Assembly (NCBI GenBank): GCA_965248535.1
Contig: CBDFJR010000002.1
Coordinates: 1,472,001-1,536,000 of the forward strand
Reading direction: 5' to 3'
DNA length: 64,000 bases
DNA from: Phormidesmis sp.
Lineage (GTDB): Bacteria; Cyanobacteriota; Cyanobacteriia; Leptolyngbyales; Leptolyngbyaceae
The position numbers were made by a program, and so were the translations under genes. This document shows, piece by piece, positions 52,932 through 60,926 of this stretch. The notes under the pieces were generated by a model, which was given only the letters and a program-made list of their open reading frames with translations, did no database searches and was not told where the DNA came from. Position 1 is the first letter of the stretch. Each line of letters begins with the position of its first letter.

Positions 52932-53534
52932 GTGATTGCCATGCAAGCCACAGAAGTCAAAAAACGCTACACCCCAGAAGAGTACCTGGCTCTCGAAGAA
53001 AAAACTGAGTTCAAAAGTGAATTCCATGATGGAGAAATCATTCCGATGACAGGCGGATCGTTCAATCACAACGAGATTCTTACCAATCTGTGGCTCCTGA
53101 AGTCTAGGCTGCGTGGTAAAGGGTATCGATTTTACTCTAGTGACGTTCGCTTGTGGATTCCTAAGTATCGCAAGTTCACCTATCCCGATGTGATGGTGAT
53201 TCAAGGTGAACCTGCGCCCTACAACAATCGGACTGATACATTGACGAACCCTCTATCTATTATCGAAGTCCTATCTAAATCCACGGAAGATTACGATAAG
53301 AGGGACAAGTTCAAATACTACCGATCGATTCCTGAACTTCAAGAATATGTATTGATCAATCAATATGACTTAGAGATTCAGCAATACACTAAATCAGATG
53401 GTGGCTTCTGGATTTATCGTGTGTACGAATCGACTGAGGATATTGTGAAGTTTGTCTTGATCGAGGTCGAGATGACCGTCGCCGAGATCTACGAAGGCAT
53501 CTCGTTTGAAGAAGTTAGTCCACCAGAGTCGTAA
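52932..53534 (+). CDS. Uma2 (DUF820) family endonuclease
   Basis: YTPEEYL, MTGGSFNHN, YPDVMV, IIEVLSKST...DKF. Confidence 0.92.
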   Translation: MIAMQATEVKKRYTPEEYLALEEKTEFKSEFHDGEIIPMTGGSFNHNEILTNLWLLKSRLRGKGYRFYSSDVRLWIPKYRKFTYPDVMVIQGEPAPYNNRTDTLTNPLSIIEVLSKSTEDYDKRDKFKYYRSIPELQEYVLINQYDLEIQQYTKSDGGFWIYRVYESTEDIVKFVLIEVEMTVAEIYEGISFEEVSPPES

Positions 53535-53555
53535 CATTTTTGGCCATTAATCTTT

Positions 53556-54173
53556 ATGACTTCAGTCATTGTTCATCAGTCGGAGTTGAGTTTTGAGGCT
53601 TTTGTCGATCGCTACCTAGACCACGATCGCTATGAGTTAATCGATGGAGAATTAATTGATTTGGAACCTACGGGACTTCATGAACAAGTAGCGGGATTTG
53701 CGAATCGTAAACTCAATGTTGAGATCGATCGTCTAAATCTACCGTGGCTAATTCCCATGAAGTGCCTGATCAAGCCACTGAGTCTAGCTTCAGCGTTTCG
53801 CCCAGATGTTGTGATTCTAGATCAATCTGTGTTGAGGAATGAACCGTTGTGGCAGCGTGAGCCTGTGATCACGATGGGACGCTCTATAAAGCTAGTAATC
53901 GAGGTGGTCAGCACCAATTGGCAAAATGACTATGCCCGAAAAGTAGAAGACTATGAGGCGTTAGAAATTCCAGAATACTGGATCTTGGATTATTTGGGTC
54001 TGGGTGGTAAGCGTTATATTGGTCTACCAAAGCAGCCTGTAGTTACGATTCATCAATTAGTCAGTGGGGAATATCAGAGTCAGCAGTTTCGAGGAAGCGA
54101 TCAATTAGTTTCTCCAACATTTCCAGAATTGCAAATAACAGCCGCACAAGTTTTTGCAGCAGGAGACTCTTGA
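53556..54173 (+). CDS. Uma2 (DUF820) family endonuclease
   Basis: RYELIDG, RPDVVIL, VIEVVSTNWQNDY, IPEYWI, SPTFPEL. Confidence 0.92.
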   Translation: MTSVIVHQSELSFEAFVDRYLDHDRYELIDGELIDLEPTGLHEQVAGFANRKLNVEIDRLNLPWLIPMKCLIKPLSLASAFRPDVVILDQSVLRNEPLWQREPVITMGRSIKLVIEVVSTNWQNDYARKVEDYEALEIPEYWILDYLGLGGKRYIGLPKQPVVTIHQLVSGEYQSQQFRGSDQLVSPTFPELQITAAQVFAAGDS

Positions 54174-54272
54174 CGAGTAAATAACTCCTCAGTTACAAAA
54201 ACATCAGTTCGATAGAAGGGGTTCGCTCTGATTGCGAATTTGAGAAGCAAGACTACTTGTTAGACTGACGTT

Positions 54273-54294
54273 AAAAAAGGGCACGATCGTGCCC
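54273..54294 (-). terminator. Terminator after the ParB-like gene
   Basis: Minus strand reads GGGCACGATCGTGCCC followed by TTTTTT. Confidence 0.65.
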
Positions 54295-54320
54295 CATCAC
54301 AACTCCTAAATTTGTAGAGA

Positions 54321-54872
54321 CTATGCAATGATCAATGTCTCTGCAAGAGCAGGTAACTTTGCTTTACCGATCCCACATTTTAGTTTTGTTAAGAAGACGA
54401 GGCTTGTGATTTTGTTTTTCTCGCGATAATCTACGATCGCTTGAGCGACTTTCTGAAGATTCAACTTGCTGAACTCTGCTTTTCTTGATTGAACGAACTT
54501 CAGTGCGTTTACAAGCTCTTGATCAGAAGCGGTCAAAATGTTGATCCGAACGATTTCTCCAGTTTCAACTTCTACCTGAGATTGCATTGCGGCATCTACA
54601 ACAATACAACGAACAAAATCTAGCCCAGCTTGTTTGGCAGCCTCAAGAATATGAGTATTCAAGGTTGCTTGATAGTCGTCTTCACCAAGTTCTCGCACAA
54701 TCACAGGAAGGACATTTTTCCCTTGAACTTTTAGTTCTTGTGCAATGGTTTGAATCACAATTTCTTGAGTATCTGCTTTTCCTCGAACATATTTACAAGC
54801 AATGCGTAGCACTTTACCAAGTTGAGTGTCGATCGACAAATTTTTAGAGTGAGCTTCATGGCAGTTAATCAA
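54321..54872 (-). CDS. ParB-like N-terminal domain plus HhH/ComEA-like C-terminal protein
   Basis: GKNVLPVIVRELGEDDYQ...AAKQAGLDFVRCIV (ParB/Srx-like), RINILTASDQEL...CGIGKAKL (HhH-like); start uncertain. Confidence 0.6.
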   Translation of the reverse strand: MINCHEAHSKNLSIDTQLGKVLRIACKYVRGKADTQEIVIQTIAQELKVQGKNVLPVIVRELGEDDYQATLNTHILEAAKQAGLDFVRCIVVDAAMQSQVEVETGEIVRINILTASDQELVNALKFVQSRKAEFSKLNLQKVAQAIVDYREKNKITSLVFLTKLKCGIGKAKLPALAETLIIA

Positions 54873-56280
54873 TGAAATTGTGATTGAGAAAAACTTCGTT
54901 GGTTAGTTCGGCATAGCGCTTGGCAATGGAAGAACTTTGCCAAGAGATGACAGGGACTCCCTTGAACTCAGCAATTTTTGTCTGGACATAGGTATTTAGC
55001 CTTGCTTTGTACTGCTTCCCAGAAAAATTATGTTCGGTGAGTTTTTCATCAATTGCTTTTTTGAGAACTAGGCTGGCTTCCTCAGTTGGGCAGTTACTAA
55101 AAACAAGTCCTAAACTCCAAGGTGAATAGCCTAGAGATTTTGATGCTCTCAGTTTACGGAATGCTGGAATGTGATTTTGATGCACATTCATGGCATGATG
55201 TAGGGCTTTACCTCCCAGATCAACGGGAATTAAATTCACATCACAGGTCATGAAAGCACATCCCGCAAGTTCATCGTAGGCCGGTGCGAATATCAATGAA
55301 AATGTAGTCGTAATCCGACTTTAGCAACCCAACCAATTTTCTGAAGATAGAATTGGCTCAAATGCTAGATCGTCTTCATCATCACGAAATCTCAGCAAGA
55401 AATCCCGCTCACACGGTAGTACAGAAACAGAATATCTGTGTCTGATAAACCCAAATGTTGAAAACGGACAATCTCGAATAGCATTTTTGAGAATTTAGAA
55501 GCCTGCTCTAAATCACCTCGTTGAATGAAATCAGCGCAAGGAGTTAGATAGTCAACAATTTGTTCACTTTTGATTCCTAATCCTCGTGATAAATCACCTT
55601 GAGGATCTAAATCAATCAGCAAAACTCGCTTACCTTTTAGCGCGAGAGTTGCGCCAATATTAATTGCATTGGTTGTTTTAGCAACACCGCCTGCCTGATT
55701 CCAGATGTTGCTGAGACTAGTGCAGATGGTTTGCTGTGCAAGCAGTCTGCTAACTGTCTCATTAGTTTTGGCAAGCTTTCTTCTGTCACTTTTTGAATTG
55801 GAGTTAGTGGAAAAATTAAACCATCAACTCGTCGCCAAATTTGAAAGAAATCGCCATTAAAAACCCAACCGTAGGAAGCTAAGAACCTTTGAGGGACGAC
55901 ACCGTTGTCAAGATACTGTTGAATTCCATTCTGCTGAGGGGCGTTATACCCAACTGCATCTCTTAGTGGCGCGGGGTGAATGGCACACATCTTCAAAGAA
56001 GTAACCTGAGAAAGTTTTGGGTTTCCACCTCGGCTTTTGCTTTCAATTACTAAGATGGGTGGCTCTAGATCACAGTAAACAAGCAAGTCAGGAATGCGCC
56101 CAGGCGAGATTGCTTGAGCCATTTTTTAACGGGAAGCTGAAACCACAGGCTGCTAACATTGGTAAGTTAGCATCTAATGTTGCTGAAGCTATCATTCGCT
56201 TCCAAATATCAATGACAGCTTGAATTTGGTTCTTGGAAGGCTTGATTGCTCAAACTAGAAAGTTCGGCGGCAGCTACCAT
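54865..56280 (-). pseudogene. PD-(D/E)xK (HsdR_N-like) nuclease-ParA ATPase fusion, multiply frameshifted
   Basis: IPDLLVY...[18 protein letters not shown] (55671-55703); [19 protein letters not shown] (55292-55312); C-terminal GVPVI...AKRYAELTNEV; segments lie in different frames. Confidence 0.75.
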
Positions 56281-56486
56281 GCGATATTCTTTACTTTAAC
56301 TTTGCTTCAGAGTTCCCGAAAATACTTTGAGGGATCGACTGAGTTGAAAAATTAAAGTAAAAACGTGTCGATCGCTTCCCCGCTGCATAGAGAAGCTGTT
56401 GTTGTTCAGTTTGGCAACAATCAAATGACGACCTTGGGGTGGCGATCGTCAGCAATCCATCTATGTCAAAATCATGAGGTAATCCC

Positions 56487-56737
56487 ATTTCTCTAACCAC
56501 TGTGCAGGCTTTTAAGGCCGTAGAACTCTGCCAAAGTCTCTCCAACCTGTTTCGGAACATATATCTTTTCCGATTTGATTCCCTAACCGGAGAGATTTAT
56601 ATCCTTGCCGAGGAAACCATCACTGTCATTAGGCAAAATGGAAGCGACTATTTAGACAAAACCAAACTTTGAGGCAATGAGTAAAGAAGAACTGAGAGCT
56701 TATGTTCTTCATCGAGACGATGATGAGGCTATCAGAG
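56487..56737 (+). pseudogene. First, degraded DUF6888/DUF6887 copy
   Basis: TTATGAC has become TTAGAC, removing the stop/start overlap; the DUF6887 part is cut off after DDDEAIRA. Confidence 0.7.
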
Positions 56738-56840
56738 CGTGTCGATCGCTTCCCCTCTGCATAGAGAAGCCAACTCAAATGATGACCTTGGGGTGGCGAT
56801 CGTGGGCAATCTATCTATGTCAGAATCATGAGGTAGACCC

Positions 56841-57017
56841 ATTACTCTAACCACTGCACAGGCTTTCAAAGCCGTTGAGCTTTGCCAAAGCCTCTCCGAC
56901 CTGTTTCGGGACATCTATCTTTTTCGATTTGATTCCCTAACCGGAGAAATTTATATCCTTGCCGCAGAAACCATCGAAATTGTCATCCAACAAAACGGAA
57001 GCTGGGACTATTTATGA
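56841..57017 (+). CDS. DUF6888-like small protein, probable ATT start (absent from ORF track)
   Basis: ITLTTAQAFKAVELCQSLSDLFRDIYLFRFDSLTGEIYILAAETIEIVIQQNGSWDYL*; GAGGT lies 6 nt before the ATT; ATGA overlap with the next gene. Confidence 0.65.
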   Translation: MTLTTAQAFKAVELCQSLSDLFRDIYLFRFDSLTGEIYILAAETIEIVIQQNGSWDYL

Positions 57018-57205
57018 CAAAACCAAACTTTGAGGCAATGAGTAAGGAAGATCTGAGAGCTTATGTTCTTGCTCATCGGGAGGACGACGAGGCAATCAGA
57101 GCGCTCTTTAGTCGTCGCGATCCTAATAAACCGTTCTATAGCTATGACCTGAGTCCTGAGGAGACGCAAGAGATTATCAGGCGCAAAATTGCAGGGGAAC
57201 TTTGA
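57014..57205 (+). CDS. DUF6887-like small protein (putative antitoxin)
   Basis: MTKPNFEAMSKEDLRAYVLAHREDDEA signature. Confidence 0.8.
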   Translation: MTKPNFEAMSKEDLRAYVLAHREDDEAIRALFSRRDPNKPFYSYDLSPEETQEIIRRKIAGEL

Positions 57206-57292
57206 ACAAAAATAGAGGCAGTGAACACAGAAATTCTGCAAACTGCCTCTAAAAAAGACGTTAGCGTTTTGTCAGAACGCCGATCGCTGAGT

Positions 57293-57619
57293 CTAGTTGT
57301 GGCGATCGCGATAGATCGAGTTAGACAGGTGATTGAGACGCTGATTGAGTTGAGCGCGTTCGCGAGGAGTCAAAGAGCCGCCGTCTCTCGCGTCTCGTCT
57401 TTGCTGAAGTTCGATCGAGAGCGATCGCCGTTCTAGATTTCGATATTCTTGGCGATTGAGTTGATGGTCTTGCACTCCGTTAAAAATGCGCTGTTGTTGT
57501 TCAGTTTGGCGATTGTTAATGGTGTGGGGAAAGTCTTCGCTGGCTTGAGCCGCGAGCGGTGCAATCAGCGTTGCAGCACACGCAATAGGCGCAGCAAAAC
57601 GGATGATGGAATGCATCAT
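57293..57619 (-). CDS. Secreted Arg/Gln-rich helical repeat protein
   Basis: Signal peptide ending AQA; QQRIFNGVQDHQLNRQE and DGGSLTPRERAQLNQRLNHLSNSIYRDRHN repeats. Confidence 0.75.
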   Translation of the reverse strand: MMHSIIRFAAPIACAATLIAPLAAQASEDFPHTINNRQTEQQQRIFNGVQDHQLNRQEYRNLERRSLSIELQQRRDARDGGSLTPRERAQLNQRLNHLSNSIYRDRHN

Positions 57620-57701
57620 AAAATATCCTAAGGGGTAAAAGTGGTCACGAAGTCTGATGAGTTGCCCGATCGAGCGCTCCGAATGGCTCAATCTCGATCA
57701 G

Positions 57702-57730
57702 TTAGACCCAGGTAAGAGAAAAAAGGTTCA
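57702..57730 (-). promoter_or_regulatory. Candidate ECF (RpoE/SigG-type) promoter
   Basis: Minus strand reads GAACCT-N17-TCTAA, upstream of the secreted protein gene. Confidence 0.45.
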
Positions 57731-57827
57731 GTGATGGGCGCGATCGGTCTTACTTCAAGATTCAGGAGATTCCCAAGTCAACCTTCAACCCAGTAGTCTA
57801 GAATTCATCTTTTGTCGCAGGGCGTTT

Positions 57828-58055
57828 ATGACTTCAGGGGTTGCCCTTCTCGCGATCGTGATTATTTTGGGTTCTCTCTTGGTTCTAGCCCCGATCGTGG
57901 CTGACTATTACTACGCTTGCCGTAAATTAGAGTCATCGTCAAGCCCGGCAGAGATCAGCAAGACGATCGCTGGAGGCTATCGCTATGTCTGTTGGGTGAC
58001 GGGCACCGCCATGATTGCCGCCGCGATCGTCCTATTGTTTCGGCTCGAATGGTAA
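57828..58055 (+). CDS. Small two-TM membrane protein
   Basis: 75-aa ATG ORF with two hydrophobic helices filling an intergenic gap. Confidence 0.55.
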   Translation: MTSGVALLAIVIILGSLLVLAPIVADYYYACRKLESSSSPAEISKTIAGGYRYVCWVTGTAMIAAAIVLLFRLEW

Positions 58056-58162
58056 ACCGTTCCCTCAAAGAAAATCAATTGAGTAACGACCCCTTCTGTA
58101 TGAGCCAATTTCCTCAGTTGGGCTAATCTATACAGTGAGTGGCGTAGAAGAGTGAGAAATTT

Positions 58163-59416
58163 ATGTTGAGTTGGGATCAAAGTTCCAGCATTGCCCTGAT
58201 GCAGCGAGAGCGAGCCTGGGTAGAAATTGATTTGACCGCGCTAGCACACAACATTCATCAAATTCGGAGGTTGCTGTTGCCCCACACCGATTTGATGGCC
58301 GTCGTCAAAGCTGATGCTTATGGGCACGGAGCCGTCACGGTTGCCCAGACCGTTTTGCAGGCTGGCGCAACCTGGCTAGGAGTGGCCACTATTCCTGAAG
58401 GCATTGAGCTTCGAGAAGCGGGCATTGAGGCTCCGATCTTGGTCATGGGTGCAACTCACACCGCCGAACAAATTCGGGCGATCGCTGACTGGAATCTTCA
58501 ACCCACCCTCTGCACTCCTAAACAAGCGCTTGTGTTTTCGGAAGCGATCGGTCAATCTTTACCGCGTCAGCCCCTGCCCGTTCACATCAAACTCGATACT
58601 GGAATGTCGCGACTGGGAACATCTTGGCAAAACGCCGTTGAGTTTGTTCAACTCGTTCAAGGGTTGCCGGGGTTAGCGATCGCCAGCATCTATTCTCACC
58701 TAGCCACGGCTGACGACCCCGATCCCACTATCATGCGCCAACAGCAGCAGCGCTATGAACACGCGATTCAAACCTGCGGATTTTCTCCGGCTCTCAACGC
58801 TGCCAGGCAAATGCCTTCCCCTCGGTTTCACCTCGCCAACTCAGCCGCCACGCTCACCGATGCCAGTCTGCACTACGACATGGTGCGAACCGGACTGGTG
58901 ATTTATGGGCTACATCCCGCCAAGCATTTGACCAATCAGATTGACCTAAAACCCGTAATGCAGGTAAAAGCGCGAGTCAGTCAGGTCAAAACTCTGCAAC
59001 CCGGAACCGGAGTCAGCTACGGTCACAAATTTATTGCCGATCGAGAAACCCAAATCGCTGTTGTAGGAATTGGCTATGCAGACGGCATTCCTCGCAATCT
59101 CTCCGATCGGCTAACTGTTTTAGTCAGAGGTCAGCGAGTTCCTCAAATCGGCGCAATCACAATGGATCAAATCATGCTGGATGTCAGCACCATTCCCGCT
59201 TTGCAAGAAGGCGAAGTCGTTACACTTTTAGGACAAGACGGCAATCAGCAGATCTTAGCCGACGATTGGGCACAGACTCTAGGCACGATCTCCTGGGAAA
59301 TTCTCTGTGGCTTTAAGCATCGCCTGCCTCGTGTTGCTGTTGGCAAGCCCTACGGCTCTCGTCAACCCTTATCTGGAGTTCGGCAGTCTCCCTTGCAGCA
59401 GAGTGACCTAGACTAA
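58163..59416 (+). CDS. alr: Alanine racemase
   Basis: AVVKADAYGHG, HIKLDTGMSRLG, HLANSAA, GVSYG, IGYADG, TMDQIM. Confidence 0.97.
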   Translation: MLSWDQSSSIALMQRERAWVEIDLTALAHNIHQIRRLLLPHTDLMAVVKADAYGHGAVTVAQTVLQAGATWLGVATIPEGIELREAGIEAPILVMGATHTAEQIRAIADWNLQPTLCTPKQALVFSEAIGQSLPRQPLPVHIKLDTGMSRLGTSWQNAVEFVQLVQGLPGLAIASIYSHLATADDPDPTIMRQQQQRYEHAIQTCGFSPALNAARQMPSPRFHLANSAATLTDASLHYDMVRTGLVIYGLHPAKHLTNQIDLKPVMQVKARVSQVKTLQPGTGVSYGHKFIADRETQIAVVGIGYADGIPRNLSDRLTVLVRGQRVPQIGAITMDQIMLDVSTIPALQEGEVVTLLGQDGNQQILADDWAQTLGTISWEILCGFKHRLPRVAVGKPYGSRQPLSGVRQSPLQQSDLD

Positions 59417-59504
59417 CCAACTATTCTCAATACCAATTGCTCCAACCCGATAAACGCATCCTCTTGTCAGCGCCATTTTTGACACGATCGCCACAAGGTA
59501 GACC

Positions 59505-60314
59505 ATGAATATGTTTGTAATCGAGACCACCTATTTAGGACAAACTCTCCCCCACCTAGCGTTTCAGCAAAACGCGATAAACTTGGCGTTTCAAATTGTC
59601 CCAAAAGTGCTGTGGGCGATCGCCATTTTGATGCTGACTCGTTGGGCTTCCAATCTCGGCAAACACGTCGCTCATCGCGTGCTCAAACGCACTGAACCCA
59701 CCATTCAAAAATTCTTACTGCAAGCGGCAGTGATTTTAATCTGGGTCGTTGGCATTGTCGCTGCCCTTCGCGCTGTTGGCATCGAAACCACAACCGTAGT
59801 GGCAGTGGTAGGCGCGGCTGGGTTAGCGATCGGTCTAGCCCTCCAAAGCAGTCTGTCTCACATCGCCGCCGGAGTCATGCTAGTCAGCTTCCGTCCGTTT
59901 GAGGTGGGCGACACGATCGAAGGGGCCGGAGTCATTGGCACCGTGGACAGCATTGGGTTATTTTCAACCACCGTAATCACTTCCGATAATGTTCGCATCA
60001 CCGTTCCCAACAGCAATCTGTTTAGCGGCACCTTAAAAAATCAAACCATCATGGGCACTCGTCGCCTAGATCTAGAAGTGGACATTGGCGATCGGGCGAT
60101 CGAGCCTACCATCACTCATCTGCTATCGCTTGTGCAGCCCCACCCTTTGGTCTTAACCAACCCCAAAGCGACCTGTCACGTTGCATCCATCACTCCCACC
60201 AGCACCCTGCTCTATCTGCGTCCGTGGTGCTTGGCGCAATGCTATGAGCAAGTCAAATCAGAGATTTTGCAACTCGTCAAAGAAGCGTTGGTCGAACAAA
60301 ACAGCGCGCCATAA
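59505..60314 (+). CDS. mscS: Small-conductance mechanosensitive channel
   Basis: GAAGLAIGLALQSSLS, RPFEVGD, GTVDSIGLFST, VPNS. Confidence 0.9.
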   Translation: MNMFVIETTYLGQTLPHLAFQQNAINLAFQIVPKVLWAIAILMLTRWASNLGKHVAHRVLKRTEPTIQKFLLQAAVILIWVVGIVAALRAVGIETTTVVAVVGAAGLAIGLALQSSLSHIAAGVMLVSFRPFEVGDTIEGAGVIGTVDSIGLFSTTVITSDNVRITVPNSNLFSGTLKNQTIMGTRRLDLEVDIGDRAIEPTITHLLSLVQPHPLVLTNPKATCHVASITPTSTLLYLRPWCLAQCYEQVKSEILQLVKEALVEQNSAP

Positions 60315-60326
60315 TTCTGCCGACCT

Positions 60327-60827
60327 TCACGTTCTCGGCGATCGCGGCAACACTTGCCTTTCCTGCTCTAACTTGACCTTGAGATTGACCAATTCATTGT
60401 CTTTAGCATTGAGTTTAAAGTTAAGGTCTCGAATGCGACGGGAGAGAATGCGAATAATATTGAGGGCAATTTCTGGGGTTTCGTCGATCGCTTCATAGAG
60501 TTGCTGCTGCGTTAAAACCAGACAATCACAAGCTTCTAAAGCAGTCACCGTTGCCGATCGTGGCTCTGAGTCAAACAGCGACATCTCCCCAAAAAATTCA
60601 CCCTTTTTGAGAATCACTAAATCCTGGTCGCCAATGTGCACCCGCACCCGCCCGCCTGCCACCACATAGACCGATCGCCCTTCTTGCCCCTGAGTAAAAA
60701 CGACTTCTTTAGGGTTAAACGCGTGTTCCTCCATGATCGAAGCCAGTCTCACCAAAAAGTCATCCCGAAGTTCTTGAAAAATCGGGACTCCGCGAACCAG
60801 TAATAATCGATCGAAACTGTTTAACAT
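60327..60827 (-). CDS. Stand-alone cyclic nucleotide-binding domain protein
   Basis: DRLLLVRGVPIF, FFGEMSLFDSEPRSATV; C-terminal coiled coil instead of an HTH. Confidence 0.9.
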   Translation of the reverse strand: MLNSFDRLLLVRGVPIFQELRDDFLVRLASIMEEHAFNPKEVVFTQGQEGRSVYVVAGGRVRVHIGDQDLVILKKGEFFGEMSLFDSEPRSATVTALEACDCLVLTQQQLYEAIDETPEIALNIIRILSRRIRDLNFKLNAKDNELVNLKVKLEQERQVLPRSPRT

Positions 60828-60926
60828 GGCAGATTATAGACGGGCTTCTCAGGTGAGAATCTAGTGAAGGATCAAAGGCGCGATCAAGAAGGCACTTCCA
60901 AATTTTACGGGCTGTTGCGGCGATCG

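Larger units (their letters stand above)
56364..57103 (+). repeat. Diverged tandem duplication (period 374 bp) of a DUF6888/DUF6887 module
   Basis: CGTGTCGATCGCTTCCCC starts at 56364 and at 56738; downstream coding sequence is near-identical in both copies. Confidence 0.85.

Noticed and set aside
54321..56280. Ordinary plasmid or chromosome parAB partition locus
   Set aside because: The nuclease-like N-terminus, altered Walker A, partner lacking GxxR and HTH, and absence of parS or rep argue against it
56291..56914. Two similar minus-strand ORFs (56291..56560 and 56732..56914)
   Set aside because: Antisense shadows of the duplicated plus-strand module; the RBS, ATGA coupling and synonymous pattern favour the plus strand
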